From: Minisyncoccota bacterium
Lineage (GTDB): Bacteria; Patescibacteriota; Minisyncoccia; Phycocordibacterales; UBA1550
Assembly: GCA_041660105.1 (NCBI GenBank)
Contig: JBAZWZ010000001.1
Coordinates: 523 to 64,522 of the forward strand
Reading direction: 5' to 3'
DNA: 64,000 nt
Part shown: positions 18,605 through 29,338 of the stretch, piece after piece
How the letters are laid out: each line of letters starts with the position of its first letter
Numbering within the stretch: position 1 is the stretch's first letter
Position numbers and translations under genes: made by a program
The notes under the pieces: generated by a model
Database searches by the model: none
What the model saw: the letters and a program-made list of their open reading frames with translations, nothing else
What the model was told of the DNA's origin: nothing

Positions 18605-20275
18605 CTATTTCCCTTCACTTTTCGGTGTCAGCCCGAGGAGGGCGCGCGCGAGGCGAATATGGAGAAATGACACGTTGGGTCCAACGATATTTTTGATCGG
18701 CGAGAGGAGGAGCACTTTCCCCTCTTTCTGAAGTTCTTCGATTGCCTTCTCAATCTTCAAGAAATGCGGACGGGAAATCTCAAACTTTAAATACTCCATC
18801 GGCACGCGCGACTCCTCTTCCATAAGTTTTTCTATATGTGAAATGATAGTCTCCACTGTCATATCGCGCGCGTCGGCAATCTCCTGCAAACTTTTCTTCT
18901 CAGCAATGAGAAGCTCAGTCTCTTTGTGCGTAGGGAGCTTCTTCTCTTTTTCTTTTGGTTTTGAGCGCGCGAGAAATTCCTCCTGTTGTCGCTTGAGCTC
19001 TTTGGGGTCCATCTTTTTCACCTCGTCGCGCGCTCCACGGGAGAGCTCCTGAAACTCCGCATCGAGCTCACGCACTTCGGGATGCACCTGAAGAGCGTTT
19101 TCATTGATACCCAAAATGGTCAGCCCCTCGAGCGTGCGCACACGAGAGAGCGCCACGTACCCCATACCGGGCTCAAATGATTTCGAGAGATCCACCTCCA
19201 CAGCATCGAGGCTCATCCCCTGACTCTTGTGCACCGTGATCGCCCATGCGAGACGAAGTGGGTACTGGAGGATTTCTGCTTTCACCTTGCCATCTTCTTC
19301 AATCTTCCACGATGCTCGCGGAATAATTATCGTCTTGCCACTTACTGTGCGGATAACCGGGTCTTCCATTTCTTCGCACGACACCACAACACCGAGCGTG
19401 CCATTCACATATCCCGCTTCAAAATTATTCTTCACACACATCACGCGAGCGCCGGGCTTCAAACGAAGAAACTCAGGGGCAAGACAGGACTTCTTGAGCG
19501 TTGCGGCTATCTTTTCATTACCCCGTGTTGTCATCTCGTATTGAGTGACTTCACTATCGGGGATACGGTCGAGCTCGTCGTCGTTCAAAGAATCAACATC
19601 AGCGTTGTGGGTAAAAAGTTTTGTCGAAGTGGTGAACTTTGGTGAGCGTACATTGTGACGTGATTTGAGATGTCCACGCGCGATAGCTGACACTTGCCCT
19701 GATCGGATTTCATTGAGTATCGAGATGGCAGCATCATCCTGCTGACGAAACTGCTCCGACAAATAACACACCGTAAAGCCCGCATCTTTCCACGCATCAC
19801 TCGTATACACAAACTGTGCCTCAGGTTCACCAAAGCGCGCAATAGGCGGAAGCTGAAAAAAGTCCCCGCAGAGAATAACTTGGATACCTCCGAAAGGCTT
19901 ATCAGAATGTTTCATAGTCTTGAGAACACTGTTTACCAAGTCGAGACGAAAATGATGGAGCATCGATACCTCGTCGATGATAAGCACTTTCACTCTTTCA
20001 AAACGCTTGTGCAAATATGATTTCTCAAGCATCGCCTCAAGGTCATACGGCGAGAGATGCGCCGCAATCCCAATCCCCGCCCACGAGTGAATAGTCACCC
20101 CACCCATATGAGTAGCCGCAATCCCCGTTGAAGCCGTAATCCCCATATCAATATCGTGCTCGCGAAGGTACGCGATGTAGCGATTGACGAGATGCGTCTT
20201 CCCACTTCCTGCAGGCCCTGTCACAAAAACATTGCGTCCGGTCTTCAATATTTCAAATGCTTCGTCTTGGGTCAT
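18605..20275 (-). CDS. PIF1/RecD-like SF1B helicase with C-terminal HTH
   Basis: TGPAGSGKT, IDEVSM, GDFFQLPP, QYPLRLAWAITVHKSQG, YVALSR. Confidence 0.92.
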   Translation of the reverse strand: MTQDEAFEILKTGRNVFVTGPAGSGKTHLVNRYIAYLREHDIDMGITASTGIAATHMGGVTIHSWAGIGIAAHLSPYDLEAMLEKSYLHKRFERVKVLIIDEVSMLHHFRLDLVNSVLKTMKHSDKPFGGIQVILCGDFFQLPPIARFGEPEAQFVYTSDAWKDAGFTVCYLSEQFRQQDDAAISILNEIRSGQVSAIARGHLKSRHNVRSPKFTTSTKLFTHNADVDSLNDDELDRIPDSEVTQYEMTTRGNEKIAATLKKSCLAPEFLRLKPGARVMCVKNNFEAGYVNGTLGVVVSCEEMEDPVIRTVSGKTIIIPRASWKIEEDGKVKAEILQYPLRLAWAITVHKSQGMSLDAVEVDLSKSFEPGMGYVALSRVRTLEGLTILGINENALQVHPEVRELDAEFQELSRGARDEVKKMDPKELKRQQEEFLARSKPKEKEKKLPTHKETELLIAEKKSLQEIADARDMTVETIISHIEKLMEEESRVPMEYLKFEISRPHFLKIEKAIEELQKEGKVLLLSPIKNIVGPNVSFLHIRLARALLGLTPKSEGK

Positions 20276-20445
20276 GGGGGTAGTTAATAGTTGATAGTCA
20301 TTAGTCGATAGTGGGGATTGATATCTATCGTTCGATATATTGTATCACATCAAACTGGGTTTGACTTTTCATCTTCCTTGAGGCAGTATGACCTCAGTAA
20401 TGTCCCCTATTTTATAGGCCTACACAATAAACAAAGGAGAGCGCA

Positions 20446-20928
20446 ATGAACCAAGTAACCTTGTATTTGGCTGGTGGATTATTCAACGCAGCTGAACAGA
20501 TTCATAATCTCTACCTCGAAAAATATCTCGAGGAACTAGGGTATCATGTCATCCTCCCCCAGCGGGAAGCATTAAAATTCAAAAATGATGACTATTTCGA
20601 CATTCCGGGAATCGTCGATGACTGCGCAAAATGTGCAATCAGCCCACTCTATATTTACGTGGGATGTATTGACGGTACGGGAGCGGACGACGGAACTTGC
20701 GTTGAATACGGGATGGCTATCGCAATAAAAGGAGAGGCGATCGTATACCGGACAGATATTCGCACAGCCATCGACCGAGAAGTCGGCGTCAATGCAATGT
20801 TGCGCGCAAAAGGAACAAAGTTGGTTCTCTACCCGTGCTTCCTTACTGAACTCGAACAGATTGACGATTTCTATAAATCGCTCTCTCAAAAGATTCACGA
20901 AGCCGTTCGATCCCTCAATAACGTCTAA
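20446..20928 (+). CDS. Nucleoside 2-deoxyribosyltransferase family protein
   Basis: LYLAGGLF, DG...DDGTCVEYGMA, NAML. Confidence 0.85.
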   Translation: MNQVTLYLAGGLFNAAEQIHNLYLEKYLEELGYHVILPQREALKFKNDDYFDIPGIVDDCAKCAISPLYIYVGCIDGTGADDGTCVEYGMAIAIKGEAIVYRTDIRTAIDREVGVNAMLRAKGTKLVLYPCFLTELEQIDDFYKSLSQKIHEAVRSLNNV

Positions 20929-20981
20929 TCAAATTCAAAAGCCCGCATTACGCGGGCTTTTTTCTTTTTCAAATTCTATTT

Positions 20982-21524
20982 CTATAGTGAGATGGCACCA
21001 CTCTGATTTACGACAACATTAAAACCAATGCGGTAGTAATCTCGACCTACTTTTACACTACTATTTGGAACAGCAGGTGCATCAGTAATAGTGACGGTAT
21101 GTCCCTCAAATACAAATGCTTCTTTTCCAACCGTCATATCCTTTGTCTCTGATTTTGATGCAGTCGCGAGCGTGATATTTACCTTAAGTTCTCCTGCCCA
21201 AATACACTGCACATCTGCTGGGCAGCGACTGTCCGAAACAACTGAGTTTACTTTAATAGTCATATCCCCAACCTTTCCCGTTTCTCCGAGCCCCAACACG
21301 ACTTGCCCATTGTCTGGAGTAGGTGCTTGAGACACTGCAGGACATACAGCAAATTCACAGTTCGGTCCCGTGCGCCCGACCGCAGTTATTCCATCAGGAC
21401 AAATCTTTGCTTCCATCGTACACGCGATAGGTCGCTCGGAAGTGCTATCCCCAAATCCAACAAATGCCGCGATTGTAATCCCCACGACTGCTGTCACAAC
21501 AACAAGGATGTATCTTTTACTCAT
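20982..21524 (-). CDS. Membrane-anchored Cys-motif protein
   Basis: TM anchor, ACTMEAKICPDG...GPNCEF, DSRCPADVQCIWAG. Confidence 0.7.
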   Translation of the reverse strand: MSKRYILVVVTAVVGITIAAFVGFGDSTSERPIACTMEAKICPDGITAVGRTGPNCEFAVCPAVSQAPTPDNGQVVLGLGETGKVGDMTIKVNSVVSDSRCPADVQCIWAGELKVNITLATASKSETKDMTVGKEAFVFEGHTVTITDAPAVPNSSVKVGRDYYRIGFNVVVNQSGAISL

Positions 21525-21617
21525 CTTTATATTATAGCAGAAACTCAATTTGACGCACATTGTTCTCAAGCGTATAGTGAAAACAGGGCACTTTCACTTA
21601 CCCAAAAGGAGGACATT

Positions 21618-21929
21618 GTGAACGAATCAATCTCTGCACTTTTGCTTTTGATTGTGTTTATTGGATTATCAATTTTAAGGACGGGCGTCGAAAACCGCGC
21701 TTCCCACGAGAACACCAAAGAAGGAATAGGTAGAGTAGTTGCTGTGTATTTTCGAGTCACATTTTTTGTCCTCGTGTGCGCGAATATCTTTGTTGTTGTT
21801 GGGCTCGCGCTCCCGCAAGTAGGGCATTTGTGTTTACACGGGCTTGCGCTCCTAATCGCGGTACTTTTGGGTCTTCTTGCTGGGGGCGAACCTCAGACAC
21901 CTCAAAGTTCTGGGTTTGAACGAAGTTGA
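21618..21929 (+). CDS. Small membrane hypothetical protein
   Basis: GTG start after AAGGAGG, three hydrophobic segments, in frame with the 21303 ORF. Confidence 0.55.
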   Translation: MNESISALLLLIVFIGLSILRTGVENRASHENTKEGIGRVVAVYFRVTFFVLVCANIFVVVGLALPQVGHLCLHGLALLIAVLLGLLAGGEPQTPQSSGFERS

Positions 21930-21964
21930 GTTTTCCAAAGAGGCCGCACACGCGACCTCTTTTC

Positions 21965-22753
21965 TTATTCAAATGAAGTAATGGCGGACGATGGAACAGT
22001 GTCAAGATTTTCATTGTTGAGAAATTTTTTAATTTCTTCTAGGTTCCAGCGAACGCTCTGGAGTTCGCCATCGGTCAACCCTGGCATCAACGGCTTACTT
22101 GCAAACTCTGCAATATATCTGCGTGCATCATTAAATTCAGAATTAAAATATTTTTCCCTTCCCGCAATATATTTTGCCAACAGGCTAAAATCCCTATACA
22201 CAAACGCTTTACGATCAGTGATAAATATATCAGTATCAACTAAGTATATTTCATTTTGCTGCGCCTCCGCCGTGTGCCCATACACATATTGTTCTGGCCC
22301 ATAAATATCGTCTAAATAAAAGCCCCCAGATATTGATTTATCCAGAAGATACTTTGCAAGCGTGGCATAATGCGCCTCAACCTTTTCCGCAATTTCCTGA
22401 TTGTTTTTAACCCCGAAAAAATTTTGCCCTTCAATCTTATCCACTACTGAATATATTATCTCCTCTCCTTCTTCATTTTTCCCAACAATAAAATCTGCGG
22501 GGACGAGAATCCCGTATGATTCTTCAAGTTCCTGATAGAGCTTCTTCGCTATTTGTGCAAGTTCCAATATCCCAAATCTATTTTGGTAAATTTCATTTAG
22601 TTCGCTAAATTTCTCTGCGCGAATAATCTTTCCAGGGGCTTCCGCCAACTTATTTAGTTTCCCCTTTTCTCCACTATATCCGGAAACCTTACTCTCCTTG
22701 AGTATCCCGAGAAACGGCGTCCCTTCTTTCTTATTTGGTCCGATGTCTTCCAT
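21965..22753 (-). CDS. Hypothetical protein (possible kinase-like fold)
   Basis: 262-aa AT-rich ORF; IYLVDTD weakly resembles APH/kinase motifs. Confidence 0.55.
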   Translation of the reverse strand: MEDIGPNKKEGTPFLGILKESKVSGYSGEKGKLNKLAEAPGKIIRAEKFSELNEIYQNRFGILELAQIAKKLYQELEESYGILVPADFIVGKNEEGEEIIYSVVDKIEGQNFFGVKNNQEIAEKVEAHYATLAKYLLDKSISGGFYLDDIYGPEQYVYGHTAEAQQNEIYLVDTDIFITDRKAFVYRDFSLLAKYIAGREKYFNSEFNDARRYIAEFASKPLMPGLTDGELQSVRWNLEEIKKFLNNENLDTVPSSAITSFE

Positions 22754-22758
22754 ATATC

Positions 22759-23376
22759 TTATTCTATCACATCCATAAGAACTGGGGATACACGTTCGGC
22801 AATAGTCGCGTAACCTGCATCATTTGGATGAATAGCATCCGACATATATTTATCATTACCAAATAGCCCACCAAGCACGTCAGACACGTATGCTGTGTGA
22901 TACATATCGCGAAGTTCCTCAAACTCCGTATCAAATTTGTCGTTAAAAAGTCCACCACGCACGCCAAGGAGGAGCACGATCGCACCGCGTGACTGTATGT
23001 TTTGAATAAGCACCTCGAGATTCTTGCGCGTATCAGCAAGAGGGATTTTCTTCAAGTGATCATTGCCACCAAGAAGAAGAAGTACGACTTTTGGATTATA
23101 TTTATCGAGCTCACCCAGACGCGCGATGCCGTCCGCGGTCGTGTCCCCCGAATGCCCGAGGTTCACAATAGGCTTTCCAATCTTTTTTGAGACGAGCGAG
23201 ACAAAATCATTGCCACCAGTTGAACCCACTCCTGCAACAAGACTATCGCCAAAAGCAATGATGTCCGTGCCCTGCGAAGGATAATTTGCAATCGATGCAG
23301 GACGATTGAAATATATAATACCAAGCACAATAAGTGCGAGGACTGAGACAGTTAAAATTATTGTTTGAAGTTTCAT
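22759..23376 (-). CDS. SGNH/GDSL arylesterase
   Basis: FGDSL, GHSGDTT, GGND, DAIHPN; start approximate. Confidence 0.92.
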   Translation of the reverse strand: MKLQTIILTVSVLALIVLGIIYFNRPASIANYPSQGTDIIAFGDSLVAGVGSTGGNDFVSLVSKKIGKPIVNLGHSGDTTADGIARLGELDKYNPKVVLLLLGGNDHLKKIPLADTRKNLEVLIQNIQSRGAIVLLLGVRGGLFNDKFDTEFEELRDMYHTAYVSDVLGGLFGNDKYMSDAIHPNDAGYATIAERVSPVLMDVIE

Positions 23377-23378
23377 TA

Positions 23379-23987
23379 TTATTTCCATTCCTTAATACTT
23401 GCAGCGGTGCGCTCAACGGGATGAGCACTGCGAATGTGCTTCCTGTTTTTTTCGGGCACGGCGGGAATATGATGCATATTAAAAATGGCGTTACCGATAT
23501 CCCACAAATCATCCTCGGCACTTACCCACTTCGTACCAAAGCGTTTCAGGTTGATTGGGCGCGAATATCCTACCATTGTCTTCTTGCCATTCTTAGTCAA
23601 AAAATATTCATGAAAGTACGAGAGTGCGAGCTCGCGTGGCGTAAGGTAGACTGGGTCGCGGTAGCGGAGCACAGCGTGATTGGTCTTGCTTATGGCGCCC
23701 CAGTAACCATTCTTCTTATAGAGTGCCACAATGTGATCATCATCCCCTTTCGAAACTTTGAGACTCATAATGAGTGGCTTCTCGCCTTGGAGCCACAGCG
23801 CCACAGCCGCAAGCATCGCACCCTCGATACAGTGAGCCTTCTTCTCTTTGAGCACACGCGCAGGCGACATACAGGTCACGCCATTCTTCTCGTGGTTCTG
23901 GGGAAACGCATCCAAAAAATCCTGAATCTTGTGCGGGGTGTTCAGTCGAGCGAGTATTTTGAGATTATCTTTCGTAAGTGGAGGCAT
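23379..23987 (-). CDS. Conserved hypothetical protein, papain/transglutaminase-like
   Basis: AHCIEGA and DDDHIVALY Cys/His motifs. Confidence 0.65.
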   Translation of the reverse strand: MPPLTKDNLKILARLNTPHKIQDFLDAFPQNHEKNGVTCMSPARVLKEKKAHCIEGAMLAAVALWLQGEKPLIMSLKVSKGDDDHIVALYKKNGYWGAISKTNHAVLRYRDPVYLTPRELALSYFHEYFLTKNGKKTMVGYSRPINLKRFGTKWVSAEDDLWDIGNAIFNMHHIPAVPEKNRKHIRSAHPVERTAASIKEWK

Positions 23988-24053
23988 ACATATATTTTAG
24001 CACATACATTTTGATTTTTTGACGTTTTAGGATACTCTTTGTCTATTAACACT

Positions 24054-25097
24054 ATGAACCAAGAATTATTGGCTACTGCCACAAAAAACGTTACTGATTT
24101 CCTTACGCTCGCTATTGAACACAAGGCGCCAGAGAGAGCCCTCGTTGTCTACGATACACGCCACGGACTTACTGACATAATGACCGCCGCATATAGGAAT
24201 GCCCTTCCCGATGCCCGCTTCATCGACTTCGACAAGACGAGTAAAGAAGACATTCTCGCTGCCTTTGATGAAATGAAGCCAAAGGATTTGGTTGTACTCA
24301 TCCAGTCTTCCAACTTCCTCCTCGACGCGTTTCGCATCCGCCTCCATCTCTTTGAAAAGGGTCTCAAAGTTATCGAACACCTTCATCTCCACCGCAACAC
24401 GGAAAAAGTGTGGGATGTGTATATCAACTCCATCGCCTATGATATCAACTGGTACCGCAATATCGGTCCTTGGATCAAGTCCAAGCTCGACCCTGCGAAA
24501 GAGCTCTGTATCGAAGGAGAGGATGCAGTCCTTACGGTCAGTGGTCCCCTCCTCCCCTCGCTTCTCAATATCGGCAACTATGCAGGAATGAAAAACGTTG
24601 GAGGTACGCTCCCTATCGGTGAAGTGATTAGTGAGTGTGTAAATTTTGAAGACATGAACGGTTCTATGAAACTCTTTGCATACGCCGACACTGACTTTGA
24701 AACAATGATTCTCAAGCCCTTCCGCGTGGACATCAAAGAAAGTTTAGTTGTTGGCTGGAACGAAAATACACCTGAGTCATTTGGACGAATGGTTGAGAAT
24801 GTGAAAAAATACGAGCGACCAATCATTCGCGAGCTCGGGTTTGGCCTCAATCGTGCGGTCACCAAAGAGCGCTACCTCGAAGACATTACCGCATTTGAGC
24901 GACTCGTGGGCCTCCACCTTTCACTCGGCGAGAAGCACAGCATTTACAAAAAAGAAGGCATTGTGGCACACAAGTCGAAGTTCCACATCGACATATTTCT
25001 TGTTACTGACAGAATGCTCGTCGATGGCGTACCATTCTTTGAAAATGGAAAGTTTTTGATGCCTGAAGATTATAAATCTAATTTATTTACCCGCTAG
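24054..25097 (+). CDS. Leucyl/M29-like aminopeptidase homolog
   Basis: LPIGEV, ELGFGLN, HLSLG, HIDIF motifs. Confidence 0.65.
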   Translation: MNQELLATATKNVTDFLTLAIEHKAPERALVVYDTRHGLTDIMTAAYRNALPDARFIDFDKTSKEDILAAFDEMKPKDLVVLIQSSNFLLDAFRIRLHLFEKGLKVIEHLHLHRNTEKVWDVYINSIAYDINWYRNIGPWIKSKLDPAKELCIEGEDAVLTVSGPLLPSLLNIGNYAGMKNVGGTLPIGEVISECVNFEDMNGSMKLFAYADTDFETMILKPFRVDIKESLVVGWNENTPESFGRMVENVKKYERPIIRELGFGLNRAVTKERYLEDITAFERLVGLHLSLGEKHSIYKKEGIVAHKSKFHIDIFLVTDRMLVDGVPFFENGKFLMPEDYKSNLFTR

Positions 25098-25201
25098 ACT
25101 TTTACCACTAATACATAAAGCTGATAAAAGGTGTATAATGTAATAAATTATTAATTAATAACCTAGTCTATCTTGGTAAAAGTTAGGCGGGCAAGCATAT
25201 T

Positions 25202-25438
25202 ATGGACGAAGATGAAGATGATGTAGTAGTGGTGAGGGATAGTAACGGTACCATCTTGAGTAAGGGCGACACGGTGGTTGTCATTAAAGATTTGAAGGTT
25301 AAGGGTAGCTCCTCGGTAGTAAAAAGAGGAACCAAGGTTAAAAACATTTCACTTGAAGATGACGGCGAGCATGTATCAGGTAGTGGTGACGGTGTGAAAG
25401 GTATCGCACTCAAGGCTGAATTCTTGAAGAAAGCGTAA
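25202..25438 (+). CDS. PhnA/YjdM C-terminal domain protein
   Basis: RDSNG..L..GD.V..IKDLKVKG....KRGTKVKNI, LKAEFLKK. Confidence 0.88.
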   Translation: MDEDEDDVVVVRDSNGTILSKGDTVVVIKDLKVKGSSSVVKRGTKVKNISLEDDGEHVSGSGDGVKGIALKAEFLKKA

Positions 25439-25442
25439 AAAT

Positions 25443-25490
25443 ACAAAAGCCCCACCGAGCACCAGTAATGGTGCTCGGTGGGGCTTTTGT
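25443..25490. terminator. Bidirectional terminator between convergent genes
   Basis: 22-bp arms, GTAA loop, A/T tails on both sides. Confidence 0.75.
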
Positions 25491-25497
25491 GTTTTTG

Positions 25498-26340
25498 CTA
25501 CCTTCCAAGAATTGCCGCGGCGGAAAAAATCACTATCACCACAATAGAAACAAAAAACATATTGTGCGCCCAACGTTTGTCATCTTTTACCTTAAACCCT
25601 TGTATTGAAAGCGCGAGCCACGAGAGCCCTACAACGAGCATTAATCCTGAGCTACTAAAATGACCATACGCAGAGAGCGCGAGGGTTGCCACAATAAACA
25701 ACGCAACAAAAACAACCATAATTATTTTTGTTGTATGAATACTTTTCTTAAAAGGGAGCACAAATACTCCTGCCTTAATAAAATCTTCCATACGATATAT
25801 TGCAAACGCAAACGAGTGCGGTATTTGCCATAAAACTAATATGCAGAACAAAATAATTGCCGAAATGTCTACCCTCCCACTTACTGCGAGATACCCCGCA
25901 ACGGGGGCCATCGCCCCTGCGATGCTTCCCACAAACACCCCGTACCCAGAGTTACGCTTGAGCCATAGCGTATACACAATCACATACACAAAGAGACCAA
26001 GAAGTGCTGCGGAAACAGTAAGAAGATTTGTATAAAAAGTGAGAATAGAAACCCCAAGAATCGCAAGGATTATCCCATACACGATAGCAGTACGGGGCGC
26101 AATGGTCCCCCTAATGAGTGCGCGATTTTTCGTCCTGTCCATAACCGCGTCAATATCACGATCGATATAATTATTGAACACACAACCCGAAGCCATCACA
26201 AGAGAGACACCGAGAAGCACCCCAAAAAGAAGTGTCCAATTTATAAAAACCTGAGATGCCAAGAAAAATCCTGCAACAACCGTAATAGCATTACCAAAAA
26301 TAATACCAGGTTTCGTAATCGAGATATAATCTTTAATCAA
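25498..26340 (-). CDS. cyoE: Heme o synthase (protoheme IX farnesyltransferase)
   Basis: TKPGIIFGN, NNYIDRDID..MDRTKNR, WQIPH. Confidence 0.95.
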   Translation of the reverse strand: MIKDYISITKPGIIFGNAITVVAGFFLASQVFINWTLLFGVLLGVSLVMASGCVFNNYIDRDIDAVMDRTKNRALIRGTIAPRTAIVYGIILAILGVSILTFYTNLLTVSAALLGLFVYVIVYTLWLKRNSGYGVFVGSIAGAMAPVAGYLAVSGRVDISAIILFCILVLWQIPHSFAFAIYRMEDFIKAGVFVLPFKKSIHTTKIIMVVFVALFIVATLALSAYGHFSSSGLMLVVGLSWLALSIQGFKVKDDKRWAHNMFFVSIVVIVIFSAAAILGR

Positions 26341-26351
26341 ATTCGTTTCAC

Positions 26352-26735
26352 TTACTGCGGAATGTACCCTTCGTTCGAATTAAGCGGAGATGCATCTGCC
26401 ATATTCATATTGTATTTCAAATTATTCATAATCCATATAGACCCAATAACCAAAAAGACCACCATAAGAATAGTATAGATGAATACGATGAGGTTCCACT
26501 CTGGCTTGGACTTTCTGCTCAAATGAAGGAAGAAGATTACTTGCACCAAGAGCTGAGCAAGCGCAATCCCAACTACGGATACAACAGCGGTCTGAACAGA
26601 GAGCATATGATTGACCACCATCACGTACGGGATGAGCGTGAGCGCTATCGACAACACAAAGCCAATCACATAGGAGTTGATAGCATTTCGTCCTGCCTCA
26701 AACTGTTCATCTATTACTTTAAAATCGTTTGTCAT
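26352..26735 (-). CDS. cyoD: Cytochrome bo3 oxidase subunit IV
   Basis: SYVIGFVLSIALT, QLLVQ..FFLH, GSIWIM. Confidence 0.93.
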   Translation of the reverse strand: MTNDFKVIDEQFEAGRNAINSYVIGFVLSIALTLIPYVMVVNHMLSVQTAVVSVVGIALAQLLVQVIFFLHLSRKSKPEWNLIVFIYTILMVVFLVIGSIWIMNNLKYNMNMADASPLNSNEGYIPQ

Positions 26736-26745
26736 AGTAGTTGTT

Positions 26746-27357
26746 CTATAGTGCGCCCATTAAATACACGAAAGTAAAAATAAATATCCACACAATATCA
26801 AGGAAGTGCCAGAAGAGTCCGAGTGTTGATATCTTCCCGACCGTCGTCTGCGTGAGTCCGTATTTCAAAACTTGAGCAAGGAGTCCCCCCATCCAGACAA
26901 GACCAAGTGTCACGTGTACTCCGTGCGTCCCCACGAGGGTAAAGAACGATGACAAAAATCCGCTTGCCTGCCATGAATGACCTTCACTGAAAAGTTTTGC
27001 AAACTCACTAATCTCCATAGTGACAAAGGCGACACCAAGGAACATCGTCACCATCATCCAAAAGACAACCATATCCTTGCGGTCGTGATGACGCGCATAC
27101 ACCGAAGCGAGTCCATACGTGAAACTGCTTGTGAGGAGGATGAGAGTCTCAATGAGGACAAACGGCATACTGAACAAATCCTTCGCAGATGGCCCACCAA
27201 ATGTATTGTTGTGAAGCACTGCGTAAACCGCAAAGAGGCTTCCAAACAAAAGGATATCGCTCATAATGTATACCCAGAACCCAAAAAGTGCTTTTGCCTC
27301 TTTGTTGTGATGTAGCTCGTGAGCGTCCTCGGAGTGATGTAGTATTTCTGTTGTCAT
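26746..27357 (-). CDS. cyoC: Cytochrome bo3 oxidase subunit III
   Basis: FGFWVYIMSD, FFTLVGTHGVHV, FWHFLDIVW. Confidence 0.95.
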   Translation of the reverse strand: MTTEILHHSEDAHELHHNKEAKALFGFWVYIMSDILLFGSLFAVYAVLHNNTFGGPSAKDLFSMPFVLIETLILLTSSFTYGLASVYARHHDRKDMVVFWMMVTMFLGVAFVTMEISEFAKLFSEGHSWQASGFLSSFFTLVGTHGVHVTLGLVWMGGLLAQVLKYGLTQTTVGKISTLGLFWHFLDIVWIFIFTFVYLMGAL

Positions 27358-27358
27358 A

Positions 27359-29320
27359 TTATTTATTTGTTCGTGCACCTTCTATTGTTGCGACCTGAGC
27401 TGCCGACACGGTATATTCGGTATGATAATCAAATGATCTCACTATCGCAGCAATAATGATCCCGAGTATCCCAGCCCCAGCTAGCCACCAGATGTGCCAC
27501 ACAATACCAAAGCACATAAGAAATGCGATACCACCAATATAGAACCCGATTCCCGTATTCCTTGGCATATGAATATCTTCGTAATGCGGAGTTTCTTTCA
27601 CCGCATTACCATACTTCATATCCCAGAAAGCGTGGCGCCCGTGCACTGTCGGGATAACCGCGAAGTTATAAAATGGCGGAGGTGATGAAGTCGACCACTC
27701 GAGAGTCCTCCCCTCACCCCAGGCATCACCCGTAGTATCCATATTATTCTTACGCTGTATGACCCCCATTACAAACTGAAGTATCAGGAGTACGACACCC
27801 ACTGCGATGATGAGAACACCAATTGCAGAGATAATAAGGAGTGGCTCCCATCCCGTCCCTGCATCAATATGACTCAAGCGTCTCGTCATCCCTTGGAGTC
27901 CCAGTATGTAAACAGGGATAAATGTGACAAAGAAACCAATAATCCAAGCCCAGAACGTGGCCTTCCCAAACGATTCACTTAGTTTGAAACCAAAAATCTT
28001 GGGGAACCAATATATAAGTCCCGCAAAATACCCAAACACCACACCGCCGATAATAGTGTTGTGGAAGTGCGCAATGAGGAACAAGCTGTTGTGAAGCTGG
28101 AAATCAGCTCCCGGCACCGCGAGGAGTACCCCCGTCATACCTCCAATGGTAAACGTGAAGATAAACCCAATGAGCCAGAGCATCGGCGATGCAAACGTGA
28201 TGCGACCGCGGAACATTGTGAAGAGCCAGTTGAAGACTTTCACTCCCGTCGGCACCGCGATGATCATCGTCATAATACCGAAAAATGCGTTTACATCTGC
28301 TCCCGCCCCCATCGTAAAGAAGTGGTGCGCCCAAACCACGAACGACAAGAATGTGATGGCGATGACAGCCCATATCATTGTCGTGTAACCAAAAAGTTTC
28401 TTTTTTGAGAACATTGATACGACTTCAGAGAAAATACCAAATGCCGGCAAAACAAGGATGTACACCTCAGGGTGCCCCCACGCCCAGATGAGGTTGATAT
28501 ACATCATTGCATTTCCACCAAAATCAGCCGTAAAGAAGTGCATCCCCATAAGGCGGTCGAGCGCAAGCAATGAGATCGCCGCAGTAAAAATAGGGAACGT
28601 AACAATAACGAGTGCCATTGACCCAAACACTGTCCATACGAATACGGGCATTCGCATAAACGTCATCCCCTTGCAACGCATCATAATGATAGTCGCGAAG
28701 AAGTTTATTCCACCAATGAGGCTCGCGGCTCCCGAAAGCTGTAGTGCCCAAATATAATAATCCACACCCACCCCAGGACTAAAGAGGATCCCAGAAAGTG
28801 GTGGATATGCAAGCCAACCTACCGCTGCAAATTCTCCAATAGCCAAGGACACATTGACCAGTGCTGCACCCGCGACCGTAAGCCAGAGCGTGAGCGAGTT
28901 GAGAAAAGGATAGGCTACATCGCGTGAGCCAATTTGCAAAGGAAGAACTAGGTTAATCAGACCAAAGAGGAGAGGCATTGCCACAAAGAAAATCATCACA
29001 ACCGCGTGCCCGGTAAAGATCTGGTCATAGTGCTCGGGAGGCAAGTAACCATACGAAGTACCCACCGAAAAAACCTGCTGTGCTTTCATCATTACGGCAT
29101 CCGCAAATCCGCGCACGATCATAACAAACGCCAAAATCACATACATTATACCGATCTTCTTGTGGTCAACCGAGGTGAGCCATTCTGTCCAAAGCCATTT
29201 CCACTTCTTGAAGTAGGTAATGGCACCAATAATTCCTACTGCACAAATACCCATAAAGATACTTGCACCCAAAACGATGTGATCCTGGGGAAGCGCGGCG
29301 AGTGTTAAGTTTCCTAGCAT
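27359..29320 (-). CDS. cyoB: Cytochrome bo3 oxidase subunit I
   Basis: WGHPEVY, VWAHH, AHFH; quinol-site RGFAD and HYDQIFT. Confidence 0.97.
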   Translation of the reverse strand: MLGNLTLAALPQDHIVLGASIFMGICAVGIIGAITYFKKWKWLWTEWLTSVDHKKIGIMYVILAFVMIVRGFADAVMMKAQQVFSVGTSYGYLPPEHYDQIFTGHAVVMIFFVAMPLLFGLINLVLPLQIGSRDVAYPFLNSLTLWLTVAGAALVNVSLAIGEFAAVGWLAYPPLSGILFSPGVGVDYYIWALQLSGAASLIGGINFFATIIMMRCKGMTFMRMPVFVWTVFGSMALVIVTFPIFTAAISLLALDRLMGMHFFTADFGGNAMMYINLIWAWGHPEVYILVLPAFGIFSEVVSMFSKKKLFGYTTMIWAVIAITFLSFVVWAHHFFTMGAGADVNAFFGIMTMIIAVPTGVKVFNWLFTMFRGRITFASPMLWLIGFIFTFTIGGMTGVLLAVPGADFQLHNSLFLIAHFHNTIIGGVVFGYFAGLIYWFPKIFGFKLSESFGKATFWAWIIGFFVTFIPVYILGLQGMTRRLSHIDAGTGWEPLLIISAIGVLIIAVGVVLLILQFVMGVIQRKNNMDTTGDAWGEGRTLEWSTSSPPPFYNFAVIPTVHGRHAFWDMKYGNAVKETPHYEDIHMPRNTGIGFYIGGIAFLMCFGIVWHIWWLAGAGILGIIIAAIVRSFDYHTEYTVSAAQVATIEGARTNK

Positions 29321-29338
29321 AGTATTATTATTTATTGA